This document shows, in pieces, positions 26,652 through 36,760 of a DNA stretch of 64,000 bases. The DNA comes from an uncultured Oscillospiraceae bacterium. Its GTDB lineage: Bacteria > Bacillota > Clostridia > Oscillospirales > Oscillospiraceae. Position 1 is the first letter of the stretch, and the number at the start of each line of letters is the position of its first letter. The stretch covers positions 9,374 to 73,373 of the forward strand of contig CAZCFU010000001.1 of the NCBI GenBank assembly GCA_964498005.1, in the 5' to 3' direction. The translations under genes and the position numbers were made by a program. Under the pieces are notes generated by a model that was given only the letters and a program-made list of their open reading frames with translations, was not told the DNA's origin and ran no database searches.

Positions 26652-27010
26652 TAGGGCCTCCCGCACATCCACGCGATGTGTCCCAGGGAGGACATTTACC
26701 CGCCCGTATGCAAAACCATCGTCACCCATTTGGCGAGGGGAAGCCATTCGGGCCTCTTAATGCTCCAAAGGCCACGGAGCGCCCGCCAGCCCTGCGGGAC
26801 AAAAGATGGGCAAATCCAAATCAGGAGGTGCGGCAGACGAATGATTGTGATCGCGGCTTTGTTTATCTGCTGTTCCTCACTGCGTTATGTCAGCCTGACC
26901 CCGCTGATGTGCGGTGAAAACCTGGCCCGCCCCGAGCCGCAAAATACCGGGGGAAGCTGGGCCGTCCTCGACACCCGACTTCCGTGGTATACATCAGGAT
27001 TTGAGTAGCT

Positions 27011-27083
27011 GCGGCCAAGGATTGGGGTCAATTCTATACGCGGCCCAGGGTATATGCCGGTTCAATTCCGGCAGGCCGCGCCA
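27011..27083 (+). tRNA. tRNA-like element 2 (CCA-ended, 10-nt anticodon loop)
   Basis: GCGGCC/GGCCGC-G-CCA, GATTG/CAATT, TATAC/GTATA, GCCGG-TTCAATT-CCGGC. Confidence 0.55.
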
Positions 27084-27179
27084 GACGCATTTCTTGACCG
27101 TTAACGCGCGCGCGTTATGGCAAATCCCCAGGCGCTTGGGATTTTGAACGGCTTGCGGCAGACAGGAGGGAGGATCGCC

Positions 27180-27295
27180 GTGGCAGGGCGAAAGCGGAAA
27201 TACGGGACGGCAACTGCGCTGGAGCACCTATGCCGGCCTTGACGGCTACAAAGACGTGGTCGAGCGGGCGCGGGCCAAGATGGAGGATTACTGGC
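27180..27295 (+). pseudogene. Possible remnant of a different terminase small subunit
   Basis: GGAGG + GTG MAGRKRKYGTATALE, then an out-of-frame TYAGLDGYKDVVERARAKMEDYW segment. Confidence 0.35.
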
Positions 27296-27660
27296 CCCCC
27301 AGGCGCTTGGGAATATGGGACAGGGCCATATGAGCGTGTCTTTGCGGTGCCATCCTCGTGGACTCTGCGGACGGGTGGATTGCCGACTTGGCGGACCTGC
27401 GAGGCTCGCCCTCCCTGCCTAGGTACTCCCTGGGGAAAAATTCAATGCGGGGCAAGGAAGGCCCGGTATTTTTGCCCATGAAACCAAAAAAATTCTGGGC
27501 CTGTTACGTTACGCAAAGCAAAAGCACCCGGAAATTTTATCCCCCCCTAAAGGGGGGATAACCGAGCGGGCCGGAGCAGTCCAAAATGCGAAACGGGCGC
27601 AGGCGAAAAAAGCGAAACCGGCGGGCCTACACCGCCGGGGCGGAAAGGGGGCCGCCTGCC

Positions 27661-28272
27661 GTGGCGGAGCAAAAGAAAACAACCACGAAAAAGGCGGCGC
27701 CCAAAAAGCCGAAAGCGGAAAAGCCGGAGATCCTGACCGGAATCGTGCCGGAGTGGGCCAATTCAACAGCAATTGCCCAACTGCTGGGATTTGAAGGAAA
27801 TCGGAGGGTTCAGCAGTTGACGCAGGACGGAGTGCTGGAAACCGAGGCTCCTCCCGGCGGGGGACGGCGAGCATATCGGACCTGTAAAACCGTCCAGCGG
27901 TATATTTCCTACATTGAGAAAAAGGCCCAGAAAACCGGGGAGAAAAGCCGCACGGCAGAACTGGCCCTGAAAAAGCTGGAGGCCGAGGTGAAGCTGAAAG
28001 AGAGCCAGGGCCAGCTTGCCAGCATAAAGGCGGACATAGCCGAGGGGCGATACATCGAAACCGCGACGGCCACCGAACAGCTGGCGGAGTTTATGGACAC
28101 GTTCAAAAGTTTTGCCATGAATATCCCCAGCCGGGTGGCGGGGACGGTGGGCAGCTATACGGACGCCGCCACCGCCCGCGCCATTGAGCGGGCAACCCGC
28201 AAGGAATTGGAGGATATGCTGGCCCTATTCGTGGACGCTGCCGTGGTGGAGCCGGAGGAGGCAAAACGGTGA
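27661..28272 (+). CDS. Terminase small subunit (Nu1-like)
   Basis: wHTH IAQLLGF..RRVQQLTQDGVL plus coiled coil; directly upstream of TerL. Confidence 0.8.
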   Translation: MAEQKKTTTKKAAPKKPKAEKPEILTGIVPEWANSTAIAQLLGFEGNRRVQQLTQDGVLETEAPPGGGRRAYRTCKTVQRYISYIEKKAQKTGEKSRTAELALKKLEAEVKLKESQGQLASIKADIAEGRYIETATATEQLAEFMDTFKSFAMNIPSRVAGTVGSYTDAATARAIERATRKELEDMLALFVDAAVVEPEEAKR

Positions 28273-30116
28273 AAAAATTCCGTGTAAAACGCTATGAGGT
28301 GCCGGGCTGGATCATAACAGCCGTTGAAATCCTGCGCCCACGGAAACGCCTGTCAGTTTCCAAATGGGCCGAAAAGCACCGCATACTGCCGGACGGGAAC
28401 GCCATACCAGGGCCATGGCGTAACAGCGTGACCCCCTACCTGGTTGAGATTATGGACACATTCGACGACGACGTGGTGGAAAAGATCGTTTTCATCAAAC
28501 CCACCCAGGTGGGCGGCACGTCCGCCATGGAAAATATGCTGGGCAGCCTGATCGACCAGGCACCAGGTCCGACCATGATTGTGTACCCGTCGGACGACCT
28601 GGCGGAGCGGACCGTGGACGCAAAGCTGGAACCAATGATCAAGGCTTGCAAGGTGCTGGCGGAGAAATACCGGGAACATATCAGCAAAAAATTACAGCTG
28701 AAATTTGGCACAATGACCGTTTACCTGAACGGCGCAAACAGCCAGGCGGACCTTTCAAGTACAAATATACGCTATTTGTTTCTGGATGAAGTGGACAAAT
28801 ACCCAGGGGCCAGCAAGAAAGAGTCGGATCCCGTTTCCCTGGCCATAGAGCGGACAAAGACCTACACCACCAATCGGAAAATTTTTATAACCTCCACCCC
28901 TACGCTGAAAACGGGCCACATCTGGAAAGCCAAAGAGGGGGCGGATGCGGAAAAACACTATTTCGTCCCATGTCCCCATTGTGGCCAGTATATCGAATTG
29001 AAATTTGCACAAATCAAGTGGCCAGGCAAGGACGACGTGCCGGACAACGCGGAGCGGGCGGAAATGGCCAGCTATGTGTGCCAGGCGTGTGGGTGCGTGA
29101 TCACCGACCAGGACAAGGGCAAAATGCTGGAGGCTGGCCGGTGGGAATATGTGCGAAAGGATGCGGCACGGCCCAAAAGTGTGGCCTTTTGGATCTCCAC
29201 CCTGTACTCCCCTTTTACCCGCTTTTCCGATATTGCGCGGGAGTTCATGCGGAGCAAAGACGACCCGGAACTATTGCAGAACTTCACCAACAGCTGGCTG
29301 GCGGAGCCGTGGGAGGACACCAAACTGAAAACCAACGCGGATCTGGTCATGGAACGCCAGACCGACGTGCCGGCCATGGAACTGCCGGAGTGGACTAAGC
29401 TGCTGACCGGTGGCATTGACGTCCAAGAAAATTGTCTGTACTGGACGATCCGGGCCTGGGGCGATTTTATGACCAGCCAAAACGTGGCCCACGGTCAGGC
29501 CCTTTCCATGGCAGAGGTCGAGCGGGTGATGAACACCGAGTTCCGGCTTCCATCCGGCGAAAAAATGATGGTGGAGTTGGCCCTGATGGACAGCGGCGAC
29601 CAGACCGATGTGGTTTATGAATTTTGCTTGCTCAATTCGGAGTGGGTACGCCCCTGCAAGGGCGTGGCTTCCCTTCAAGGGCATTACAGAATTTCCACCG
29701 TAGATAAGGCCGGGAGCCGCGCTAACGGTATGCAGCTGGTCCTGATGGACGGCGGCAAGTACAAGGACATGATCGCCGCCAGAATGAGGCGACCCAACGG
29801 ACGCGGATCCTGGATGGTACATAAGGACTGTGATAGGGATTACGCCGAACAGGTTACGGCAGAGCATAAGATCACAGAGCGCTCCAAGGGGAAAGTGACC
29901 CAGCGGTGGGCGCTGAAATCCTCTCATGCGGACAATCACTATTTGGACGCGGAGTGCATGGCGGCGTGTGCGGCGGATGTGCTGGAAGTCCGGTCCCTGT
30001 TCCTCCAGAATACAGAGGGAGCGGCAGAGAAACCGCAGGAAAAGGTGATCCAGCCGCCGCGCCAGGAAACAGCACCGGAGGAAAACTGGATCCGCCAAAA
30101 CGACGACTGGATTTAA
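28269..30116 (+). CDS. Terminase large subunit, lambda GpA family
   Basis: GPWRNSVTPYL, KPTQVGGT, LDEVDKYP, STPT, CPHCG, DNHYLD. Confidence 0.95.
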   Translation: MKKFRVKRYEVPGWIITAVEILRPRKRLSVSKWAEKHRILPDGNAIPGPWRNSVTPYLVEIMDTFDDDVVEKIVFIKPTQVGGTSAMENMLGSLIDQAPGPTMIVYPSDDLAERTVDAKLEPMIKACKVLAEKYREHISKKLQLKFGTMTVYLNGANSQADLSSTNIRYLFLDEVDKYPGASKKESDPVSLAIERTKTYTTNRKIFITSTPTLKTGHIWKAKEGADAEKHYFVPCPHCGQYIELKFAQIKWPGKDDVPDNAERAEMASYVCQACGCVITDQDKGKMLEAGRWEYVRKDAARPKSVAFWISTLYSPFTRFSDIAREFMRSKDDPELLQNFTNSWLAEPWEDTKLKTNADLVMERQTDVPAMELPEWTKLLTGGIDVQENCLYWTIRAWGDFMTSQNVAHGQALSMAEVERVMNTEFRLPSGEKMMVELALMDSGDQTDVVYEFCLLNSEWVRPCKGVASLQGHYRISTVDKAGSRANGMQLVLMDGGKYKDMIAARMRRPNGRGSWMVHKDCDRDYAEQVTAEHKITERSKGKVTQRWALKSSHADNHYLDAECMAACAADVLEVRSLFLQNTEGAAEKPQEKVIQPPRQETAPEENWIRQNDDWI

Positions 30117-30128
30117 CCGGAGGAAACC

Positions 30129-30356
30129 ATGGACGAAACGAAAACAACGCCGGCGGAAATGCTGGCCCAAGTAAATGCCGCCATCACCACCGTGCTGTGT
30201 GGCGGCCAGTCCTACAAGATTGGCAGCCGGTCGCTGACCCGTGCGGATCTGGCCATGTTGAAATCCATGCGGGACGATCTGGAGGCGCAGCTGGCCACCG
30301 AGGAGAGCGGCCCCCTGCTGGGGCGCACCTATGTGGCGTACTTCGATGGGAGGTGA
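30129..30356 (+). CDS. Head-tail joining protein (gpW-like)
   Basis: GQSYKIGSRSLTRADL between terL and portal. Confidence 0.75.
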   Translation: MDETKTTPAEMLAQVNAAITTVLCGGQSYKIGSRSLTRADLAMLKSMRDDLEAQLATEESGPLLGRTYVAYFDGR

Positions 30357-30359
30357 TCG

Positions 30360-31937
30360 GTGGTGGGTTGGCTTGATAATGTGATTGCTACCGTGTCCCC
30401 ACGCCATGCCTACGAGCGGGAAATGTGGCGGCAAGGGTTGGAGGAACTGCGGGGGTATGACGCGGCTGGCCGTGGCCGGCTAAATTCCGGGTGGCGGGTC
30501 ACAAATGAAAGCGCGGAAATGACGGATCGGTACGGCCGGGACGTGGTGCGGGCGCGGGCGCGGGACCTGGAGCGCAACAGCGATATAGCCCAGGCAGTTC
30601 TCCACGCCTACAAGCGCAATGTGGTGGGCAAGGGCTACACCCTGCGGGCCCTGACCGAGAACGACGAACTGGACAAGCGGATCGAAAAAGCATGGAAACG
30701 CTGGTGTAAGGCCCGCAACTGCGACGTGACTGGGGAACAGTCATTCAATGAGATCCTACGGATGATGGTGGAGCGGAAAAAAGTAGACGGCGGCATGATT
30801 GTCCTATACCGCTACACCACCGGCGGCGTGGTGCCGTTCAAACTTCAATGCCTGGAGGTTGACGAACTGGACAAAACCCAGGCAACCCCGCACCAGCGAG
30901 GAAATAGGGTGGTGGGCGGTATTGAGTACAACCAATATCGTCGCCCAGTGGGGTATTGGATACGCCAGTATGACATAGAGGGCTGGCAGCTGGCGGAGCC
31001 GGTATTCATCGAGGCCAAAGACGTGTTTTTCCTGAAAACAAAGCACCGGCCCAGCCAACTGCGGGAAATGTCCGACCTGGCACCGACAATCACAAGAGTG
31101 CGCGACACCAACGAATTCATAAATGCTGTGAGCGTAAGGGAACGGATTGCCGCCTGTCTGGCCGTGCTGATCAAAAAGGCGCTGCCGTCTGGCGGCGCGG
31201 GGCGAAGCAGCGCAAAGGGGCCGGACGGGCGGGTGGACTATGCAGGCAAAAAGCTGGCCCCCGGCATGATGCTGGAAATGGGGCCGGGTGACGACGCACA
31301 GATCGTTGACCCAAAAGGTGCGGCCACCGATGCCACCGCGTTCCTGAAAACCCAGCAGGGCTTAATCGGAGCTGGCCAGGGCCTTTCCTATGAGGCAGTC
31401 AGCAGAGATATGTCAAGCGCAACCTATTCGTCCGCCAGACAGAATGCCATTGAAGATGAAAATACATACATAGAGGAAATCGAGCTTTTAACCGCGTTCA
31501 TGTCCGAAGTGTACGAAAACTTTCTGATTTCGGGGGTTTTGTCCGGCCTGTTTTACATATCGGATTTTTGGGAACACAAAGAGGACTACATGGATCATTC
31601 TTGGGTCAAGACGCCGAAAAAGTGGATCGACCCAGCAAAAGAGGCCAATGCGGACAAGATTGCCCTGCAAAGCGGTCAAAAGACTTTCCAGGATCTCCAG
31701 GCCGAAAAGGGCAAGGACTGGAAAGAGGCCGTGGACGAACTGGCGGAGGTTCTGGAATATGGCCGCGAAAAAGGAATTGATATGGGAGGTGTAATTTTTG
31801 GAACTGGAACGACAGCGGCCCAGCAGAGCGGCGCCGGAGGAGGAAAAGAACCGGACGACCCGGAGCATGGGGGAGATCCTGGCCAGGGAGGCGAACAGCC
31901 CGGCGGAGGCGGAAAACAGCCGGCGGCGGACAGTTAG
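30360..31937 (+). CDS. Portal protein, lambda family
   Basis: RARARDLERN, YSSARQ, WIDPAKE motifs. Confidence 0.92.
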   Translation: MVGWLDNVIATVSPRHAYEREMWRQGLEELRGYDAAGRGRLNSGWRVTNESAEMTDRYGRDVVRARARDLERNSDIAQAVLHAYKRNVVGKGYTLRALTENDELDKRIEKAWKRWCKARNCDVTGEQSFNEILRMMVERKKVDGGMIVLYRYTTGGVVPFKLQCLEVDELDKTQATPHQRGNRVVGGIEYNQYRRPVGYWIRQYDIEGWQLAEPVFIEAKDVFFLKTKHRPSQLREMSDLAPTITRVRDTNEFINAVSVRERIAACLAVLIKKALPSGGAGRSSAKGPDGRVDYAGKKLAPGMMLEMGPGDDAQIVDPKGAATDATAFLKTQQGLIGAGQGLSYEAVSRDMSSATYSSARQNAIEDENTYIEEIELLTAFMSEVYENFLISGVLSGLFYISDFWEHKEDYMDHSWVKTPKKWIDPAKEANADKIALQSGQKTFQDLQAEKGKDWKEAVDELAEVLEYGREKGIDMGGVIFGTGTTAAQQSGAGGGKEPDDPEHGGDPGQGGEQPGGGGKQPAADS

Positions 31938-32424
31938 CTTTTCCAGTGAGGAGCCATACCGGCGCTATTTCGGTATGGAGATCCTGGACCACGGCCCCGG
32001 CGCGGTGGACCTGTCCCGTATGAACACGGTGGGCGTGGTCCTGTTCAACCATGACGTGGACAAAGTGGTGGGCAAGGTGATCCGGGCCTGGGTGGAGAAC
32101 AACCGGGGCATGGCAGAAATTGAGTTCGACAGCGATGACGACGCCGAAAAGATTTTCGGCAAGGTCAAGACCGGAACCTTGAAAACCACGTCTGTGCGCT
32201 ACGCCGTGGACGCCTGGGAGGAGGTCAAGGCCGGGGCCGTGTCTGCGGACGGGCGTTTCACTGGCCCCTGTCAAATCGCCAGAAAATGGACGGTGCTGGA
32301 AATTTCCATTGTGTCCGTGCCTGCGGACGCCACCGTGGGCGTGGGCCGGTCCGATAACGGGCCGCCGGATTTATCCCTGTATGAAAGACAAATCCAGATC
32401 AACAAAAACAAGTATTGGAGGTAG
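31798..32424 (+). CDS. Prohead protease (HK97-like)
   Basis: LFNHD, SVRY, EISIVSVPAD; GGGAGG RBS before TTG. Confidence 0.85.
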   Translation: MELERQRPSRAAPEEEKNRTTRSMGEILAREANSPAEAENSRRRTVSFSSEEPYRRYFGMEILDHGPGAVDLSRMNTVGVVLFNHDVDKVVGKVIRAWVENNRGMAEIEFDSDDDAEKIFGKVKTGTLKTTSVRYAVDAWEEVKAGAVSADGRFTGPCQIARKWTVLEISIVSVPADATVGVGRSDNGPPDLSLYERQIQINKNKYWR

Positions 32425-32431
32425 CAAGAAC

Positions 32432-33991
32432 ATGAAAAAGAAATGGATCGAGCGGCAGCAGGCCATCGTGGACGCTGCCCGCGCCGCTGGGCGTGGCCTG
32501 ACGGCGGAGGAACAGGCGGAGTATGACGATCTCCAGCGCAAGATCGACGCGGAGCCGGACGACCAGGGCAGCGGGGAGTCTGCCGGCGGCCAGCGCAGCG
32601 CGGGCGGCCAGGAACCCGTGAACACCCCCACCCCTCCCCCTGCCGGAGCGCCCAGCGCCACCAGCGCGGAGGACACCCAGCGGGCCGTGGCGGAGGAGCG
32701 CCAGCGGATCAATGACATTCTGGCCCTGTGCCGCCAGACTGGCATGGATCCGGCGGAACATATCCGCAGCGGTGCCACCATGGACGCCGTGCGGGCCGCC
32801 GCTGTGGACTACATGATCCAGCACGGCGCCCCGGTGGTGGTGGGCGCCAGGGACAGCGGAATGGACAATTTCCGGGACGCCGCCAGGGACGCCATGCTGA
32901 TCCAGGCCGGTGTGGAACTGGACAGGCCCGCCCAGGGCGCGGAGGAAATGCGGGGTATGTCCATGCGGGATATGCTGATCGAGTGCATGGCCCGCAGCGG
33001 TGAGGGCACCGTAGCGGAACTTTTGCGTCGGTCCCGTGCTGACCTGTGGGACACGGCGGTGCGGCAGTTCTTCAGTTCCACCGCGGACTTTCCGGCCATC
33101 CTGGACAACGCCATCAAGAAGGCCATCATTCAGCAGTACAAACTGGTACCGGCCACCTTTGAGGAGTGGACCAGCACGGGCACGCTGCCCGATTTCAAGG
33201 CCAGCACGGCGCACGAATACGCCATGGGCGGCGGTGACTTCCAGAAAGTCACCGAGGGCGGCGAGATCAAGGCCAGTAAGCTGACGACCGAGTTGCTGCC
33301 TACGCGGAAGCTGGACACCTACGCGACCCAGTTCTCCATGACCCGGGAGGCGTTCATCAACGACGATATCGGTTTCCTGTCCAATATGCCGGCGCAGTAT
33401 TCCCGCAAGGCCAAGCAGAAGATCAACCGCCAGGTTTACGAGCGCCTGTATGAGAACCCCGCCATTTTCGACGGCGCGGCCCTGTTTGACGCAGTCCACA
33501 AAAACCTGGTCGGGGAAGGCAGTGCGCCCAGCGTCAAGGTGCTGGAGCTCATGATCCAGATGATGGGGATGCAGGTGGACCAGTTTGGCGAGAGTATCAT
33601 GGTAGAGCCCGCCACCATCATCGTACCCATGGGCTGGGGCATGAGAGTCAAGCAGATCATGGGCACGGCGGAGCTCGACGTGGAGGGCATTGGCAGCCAC
33701 ACCGTGAACGTGCTGAAGACCGAGTATGGCAGCAAGATCAAGGTGATCCAGGAGCCTGTGCTGAATATGCTGGCCAAAGACAAGCCCTGTCCCTGGTTCA
33801 TGGCTGCTGATCCCCGGCTGGTGAAGTCCGAGCAGGTGGACTATCTCAACGGCAACACCGCGCCCAGCTTCCGCCGGTCCGAGAAGGCGGGCTATCTGGG
33901 CTACCTGTGGGACATCTGGCTGGACTGGGGCATTAACGATGTGGATTTCAGGGGCATCCTGCGCAACAACGGTGTGCCCCTGGGCAAATAA
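32432..33991 (+). CDS. Major capsid protein with N-terminal scaffold-like region (Mu gpT-like)
   Basis: STADFPAIL, TREAFINDD, DFRGI motifs; position after protease. Confidence 0.85.
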   Translation: MKKKWIERQQAIVDAARAAGRGLTAEEQAEYDDLQRKIDAEPDDQGSGESAGGQRSAGGQEPVNTPTPPPAGAPSATSAEDTQRAVAEERQRINDILALCRQTGMDPAEHIRSGATMDAVRAAAVDYMIQHGAPVVVGARDSGMDNFRDAARDAMLIQAGVELDRPAQGAEEMRGMSMRDMLIECMARSGEGTVAELLRRSRADLWDTAVRQFFSSTADFPAILDNAIKKAIIQQYKLVPATFEEWTSTGTLPDFKASTAHEYAMGGGDFQKVTEGGEIKASKLTTELLPTRKLDTYATQFSMTREAFINDDIGFLSNMPAQYSRKAKQKINRQVYERLYENPAIFDGAALFDAVHKNLVGEGSAPSVKVLELMIQMMGMQVDQFGESIMVEPATIIVPMGWGMRVKQIMGTAELDVEGIGSHTVNVLKTEYGSKIKVIQEPVLNMLAKDKPCPWFMAADPRLVKSEQVDYLNGNTAPSFRRSEKAGYLGYLWDIWLDWGINDVDFRGILRNNGVPLGK

Positions 33992-34003
33992 GGAGGGACC
34001 AAC

Positions 34004-34330
34004 ATGAAAGCGACCTATTATCAGAGAGGTGAAACCCTGGACCATTTTCCCACCGAGAACGTGGAAAACGGCGCGGTGGTGGACCTGGGGACCCGGATCG
34101 GCGTGGCCGCCGCCCCCATTCTGGCGGGCGAACAGGGGGGCGTCCATGTGGTGGGCGTGTTCGCCATGACCAAGGCGGACGGGGAGGCCATCACCCAGGG
34201 CGCCGCCGTCTACTATGACGCGGAGGCGGACGCCATCACCGCCACCGAGGGCAGCAACACCCCCGCCGGCTATGCCGCCGCCAGCGCCGCCGCCACGGAC
34301 GCCACCGTGTTGGTCAAGCTGCTGGGCTGA
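34004..34330 (+). CDS. DUF2190-like capsid cement/decoration protein
   Basis: YQRGETLD, GVFAMTK, VLVKL; follows MCP. Confidence 0.75.
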   Translation: MKATYYQRGETLDHFPTENVENGAVVDLGTRIGVAAAPILAGEQGGVHVVGVFAMTKADGEAITQGAAVYYDAEADAITATEGSNTPAGYAAASAAATDATVLVKLLG

Positions 34331-34345
34331 TCGGAGGGATGGAGC

Positions 34346-34963
34346 ATGAAAAAACTGATTGCCCAGCGCCAGATCCAGTACATGGGCCGGACCTATGAGC
34401 GCGGGGCGGCCATCCCCGCGCAGGATCCCAAAATGGTGGCGGCCTGGCTGAAAGCCGGGAGCGCCACATGGGCGGGAGATACCCAGGAGGCCGTAGCCGT
34501 TGCCACCCAGGAGGCCGCCCGGCGCTCCAGAGTGAACGACATGGCGGCGGAGGCCATCCGCGCCATGGGCGTGACCATTGAGGACGCCGCCGGGGAGTTT
34601 GTGGGCGCTGAGGGCATGGCGGAACAGATCCGCGCCATGTTTGGCCCTGGGAGCCTCCGGAACAGCGGTAGCAGCGAGGAGGGGCAGGAACCCACCGAGG
34701 GCGGAAACCTCGGTCAGAACGGCCAGGAAGCGCCGGAGGAGGCCGAAAGCAGCGGGGACGGCGGAACGTCTGCTATGTTGACCGGCCACCTGGACGCGGC
34801 ACAACTGGAGCGCATGAGCAAGGCGGATCTGCTGAAATTGGCGGCGGACATGGGCGTGGACATTTCGGCGGCCAAGAACCAGAAAGAGCGGGCGCAGCTG
34901 ATTGCGGCGGTGGAGGTTCAGGCCCCTGCCAATGACCCCGAAAGCGGCGGGGGTGCCCTGTAA
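34346..34963 (+). CDS. Phage hypothetical protein
   Basis: RBS, head operon position. Confidence 0.65.
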   Translation: MKKLIAQRQIQYMGRTYERGAAIPAQDPKMVAAWLKAGSATWAGDTQEAVAVATQEAARRSRVNDMAAEAIRAMGVTIEDAAGEFVGAEGMAEQIRAMFGPGSLRNSGSSEEGQEPTEGGNLGQNGQEAPEEAESSGDGGTSAMLTGHLDAAQLERMSKADLLKLAADMGVDISAAKNQKERAQLIAAVEVQAPANDPESGGGAL

Positions 34964-35301
34964 TGGGCGCCCCCAGCTTTAAGGAGTGCATAGCGGCGGA
35001 CGTGTCCAACGTCTTTCTGAATAAGCTGGAGTTTGCAGACACCCACACCGTCAACGGCAAAAAAATGACGGTTCTGGTGGACGAAAACGAACTGCTGGAG
35101 CGGGACAAGGCCAAACTGCTGGGCACACAAACTAGTGGATTATATAAAAGTCGCCGCCTGATCTATGTGGCCCAAAAGGATTTTGGAAAGCGCCCAGCCA
35201 TCAAGTCCGTGCTGACACTGGACGGGTTGGCGTTCCGCGTCGCAGATTGTACGGCGGAGGCCGGGATCCTGGCCATTGAACTGGAGGCGACCAAGACGTG
35301 A
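34963..35301 (+). CDS. Head-tail adaptor (gpFII-like)
   Basis: FKECIAADVSNVFLN..EFAD pattern; synteny. Confidence 0.6.
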   Translation: MGAPSFKECIAADVSNVFLNKLEFADTHTVNGKKMTVLVDENELLERDKAKLLGTQTSGLYKSRRLIYVAQKDFGKRPAIKSVLTLDGLAFRVADCTAEAGILAIELEATKT

Positions 35302-35921
35302 GCAGAACGGAAACGCTGATTGAGATTGACGTAGATGAAGAACTGCGAAAAATCATCCAGCAACTGGACAGCCTGCCGGACCAGATCGCGGCCCCCAACA
35401 TTCTGAAAAACGCCATCAATTCAACCGCCAGAAAGGTCAGAAAGCAGCTTGTAAAGGACGTCAAGGGCGAATATGCCATAAAAAATACAAAAATTCTGAC
35501 GGACGAAAGCGAGGGGGCCCCAAAAGTCCTGACCGCCACAACAGCGAATATGTCAGCGGGCATTCGCTCAAAAGGACCTATGCAGGAAATTATGTCATTT
35601 ATGACCCGTCCGAACCAAGGGACCGGAGCGGCGGCAGCGCAGGTTCTGGCATCTGGCAGCATGAAACCGCTTGAAATGAACGGAATAAAAGCCTTTTTAG
35701 CCACCTTTGTTAATGAAAATAGCAAAGGGGAAAGAACTGAGCACACCGCAATCGTACAGCGCAGAGGCCGGGAACGACTACCGCTGAAAAAACTGATGTC
35801 CCCAGCTGTTCCTCATATGCTGGGCAACGAAACAGTGAGGGAAAAGGCGGAGGCGCTGGCCTATGAAACACTGCAAGAGGAAATAGACAAGCGGATCCAA
35901 AAGGTTTTGGGCAAGGCGTAA
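35298..35921 (+). CDS. Tail completion protein (gpZ-like)
   Basis: RGRERLPLKKLMSPAVPHML; synteny. Confidence 0.6.
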   Translation: MSRTETLIEIDVDEELRKIIQQLDSLPDQIAAPNILKNAINSTARKVRKQLVKDVKGEYAIKNTKILTDESEGAPKVLTATTANMSAGIRSKGPMQEIMSFMTRPNQGTGAAAAQVLASGSMKPLEMNGIKAFLATFVNENSKGERTEHTAIVQRRGRERLPLKKLMSPAVPHMLGNETVREKAEALAYETLQEEIDKRIQKVLGKA

Positions 35922-35939
35922 GGAAAGGGGGCCGGGCTC

Positions 35940-36491
35940 GTGACACAAGAATTCTTACAGGACGCCATGGTGAAAGACCTGGAACAGCTCTTTGAGGGGG
36001 AAACCCTGAAAAATTCCGCAGGTGTGGAGCGGCGGATCCGGGTCTATCCCCAGGATGTGCCGATCCGAGCGGGATCCGACATTGAGGACGAGCCGGAGCC
36101 TGCGGCGGACGCAGACCTGGAGGTGGAACAGCCGGAGGATCAGGAGCCGCCAGGGGCCGCACAGCCGGAGGACGTGCCGGAGCCTTATGTGGTCGTTCAC
36201 CTGAATGGCGGGGAACTGCCAGCCCCGGATGAGCAGCAAAAGGTGGAGGCCGTCTTGGTTGTGTGTGTCTACGACCCAGATCCAAACCGCCAGGGTTTCC
36301 GAGATGCGCTCCACATCGTCAACAAAATTCTAACCCACTACGCCGAAAACAGCATAGTGGGCCGGCGCTATGAGGTGCAATACCCCATTAAATGGGTGAC
36401 GCATGAGGAGGACACCCATCCCTATTATTATGCGGCCATGGCGCTGACACTTACTGCGCCGGCTATCTTCAAGGAGGTGCCAGAAACATGA
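35940..36491 (+). CDS. Tail terminator-like protein
   Basis: Synteny before sheath; HPYY motif. Confidence 0.5.
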   Translation: MTQEFLQDAMVKDLEQLFEGETLKNSAGVERRIRVYPQDVPIRAGSDIEDEPEPAADADLEVEQPEDQEPPGAAQPEDVPEPYVVVHLNGGELPAPDEQQKVEAVLVVCVYDPDPNRQGFRDALHIVNKILTHYAENSIVGRRYEVQYPIKWVTHEEDTHPYYYAAMALTLTAPAIFKEVPET

Positions 36492-36745
36492 GCACAAACC
36501 CCAAAAAGGCCGCCCAGGCCACTGGCTCAGTGGTCTACTGCGGCCCCACTATTCCCGGCGTGGCCGTGCAGTTCACGACCTACACTAACGGGACGCCCGC
36601 CGCGCTGGCGGAGGCCATAAAGGAAAAGCCAGTCCTGGACGGGCTGGTGGTTCCCCTGAATCAGCTACCGGAAGTCCGGCGCCAGTTCCACGCCGGATCT
36701 GGGCGCTATTATACCCTGTACCGCAAGGCCCAGGAGAACGGCTAA
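36488..36745 (+). CDS. Phage hypothetical protein
   Basis: VYCGPTIPG pattern before sheath. Confidence 0.6.
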   Translation: MSTNPKKAAQATGSVVYCGPTIPGVAVQFTTYTNGTPAALAEAIKEKPVLDGLVVPLNQLPEVRRQFHAGSGRYYTLYRKAQENG

Positions 36746-36760
36746 AGGAGGGAAAGAAAA

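Noticed and set aside
26841..27008. 55-aa ORF MIVIAALFICC... between the tRNA-like elements
   Set aside because: AGGAGG is 12 nt from the ATG and there is no recognisable motif; cannot be distinguished from non-coding RNA
26563..27083. Functional decoding tRNAs (e.g. tRNA-Ser CGA)
   Set aside because: Anticodon arms lack the 5-bp stem/7-nt loop with U33; reported only as tRNA-like
31798..31937. 140-nt portal/protease overlap as a recoding signal
   Set aside because: The protease has its own RBS and the portal tail is low-complexity; a simple overlap suffices
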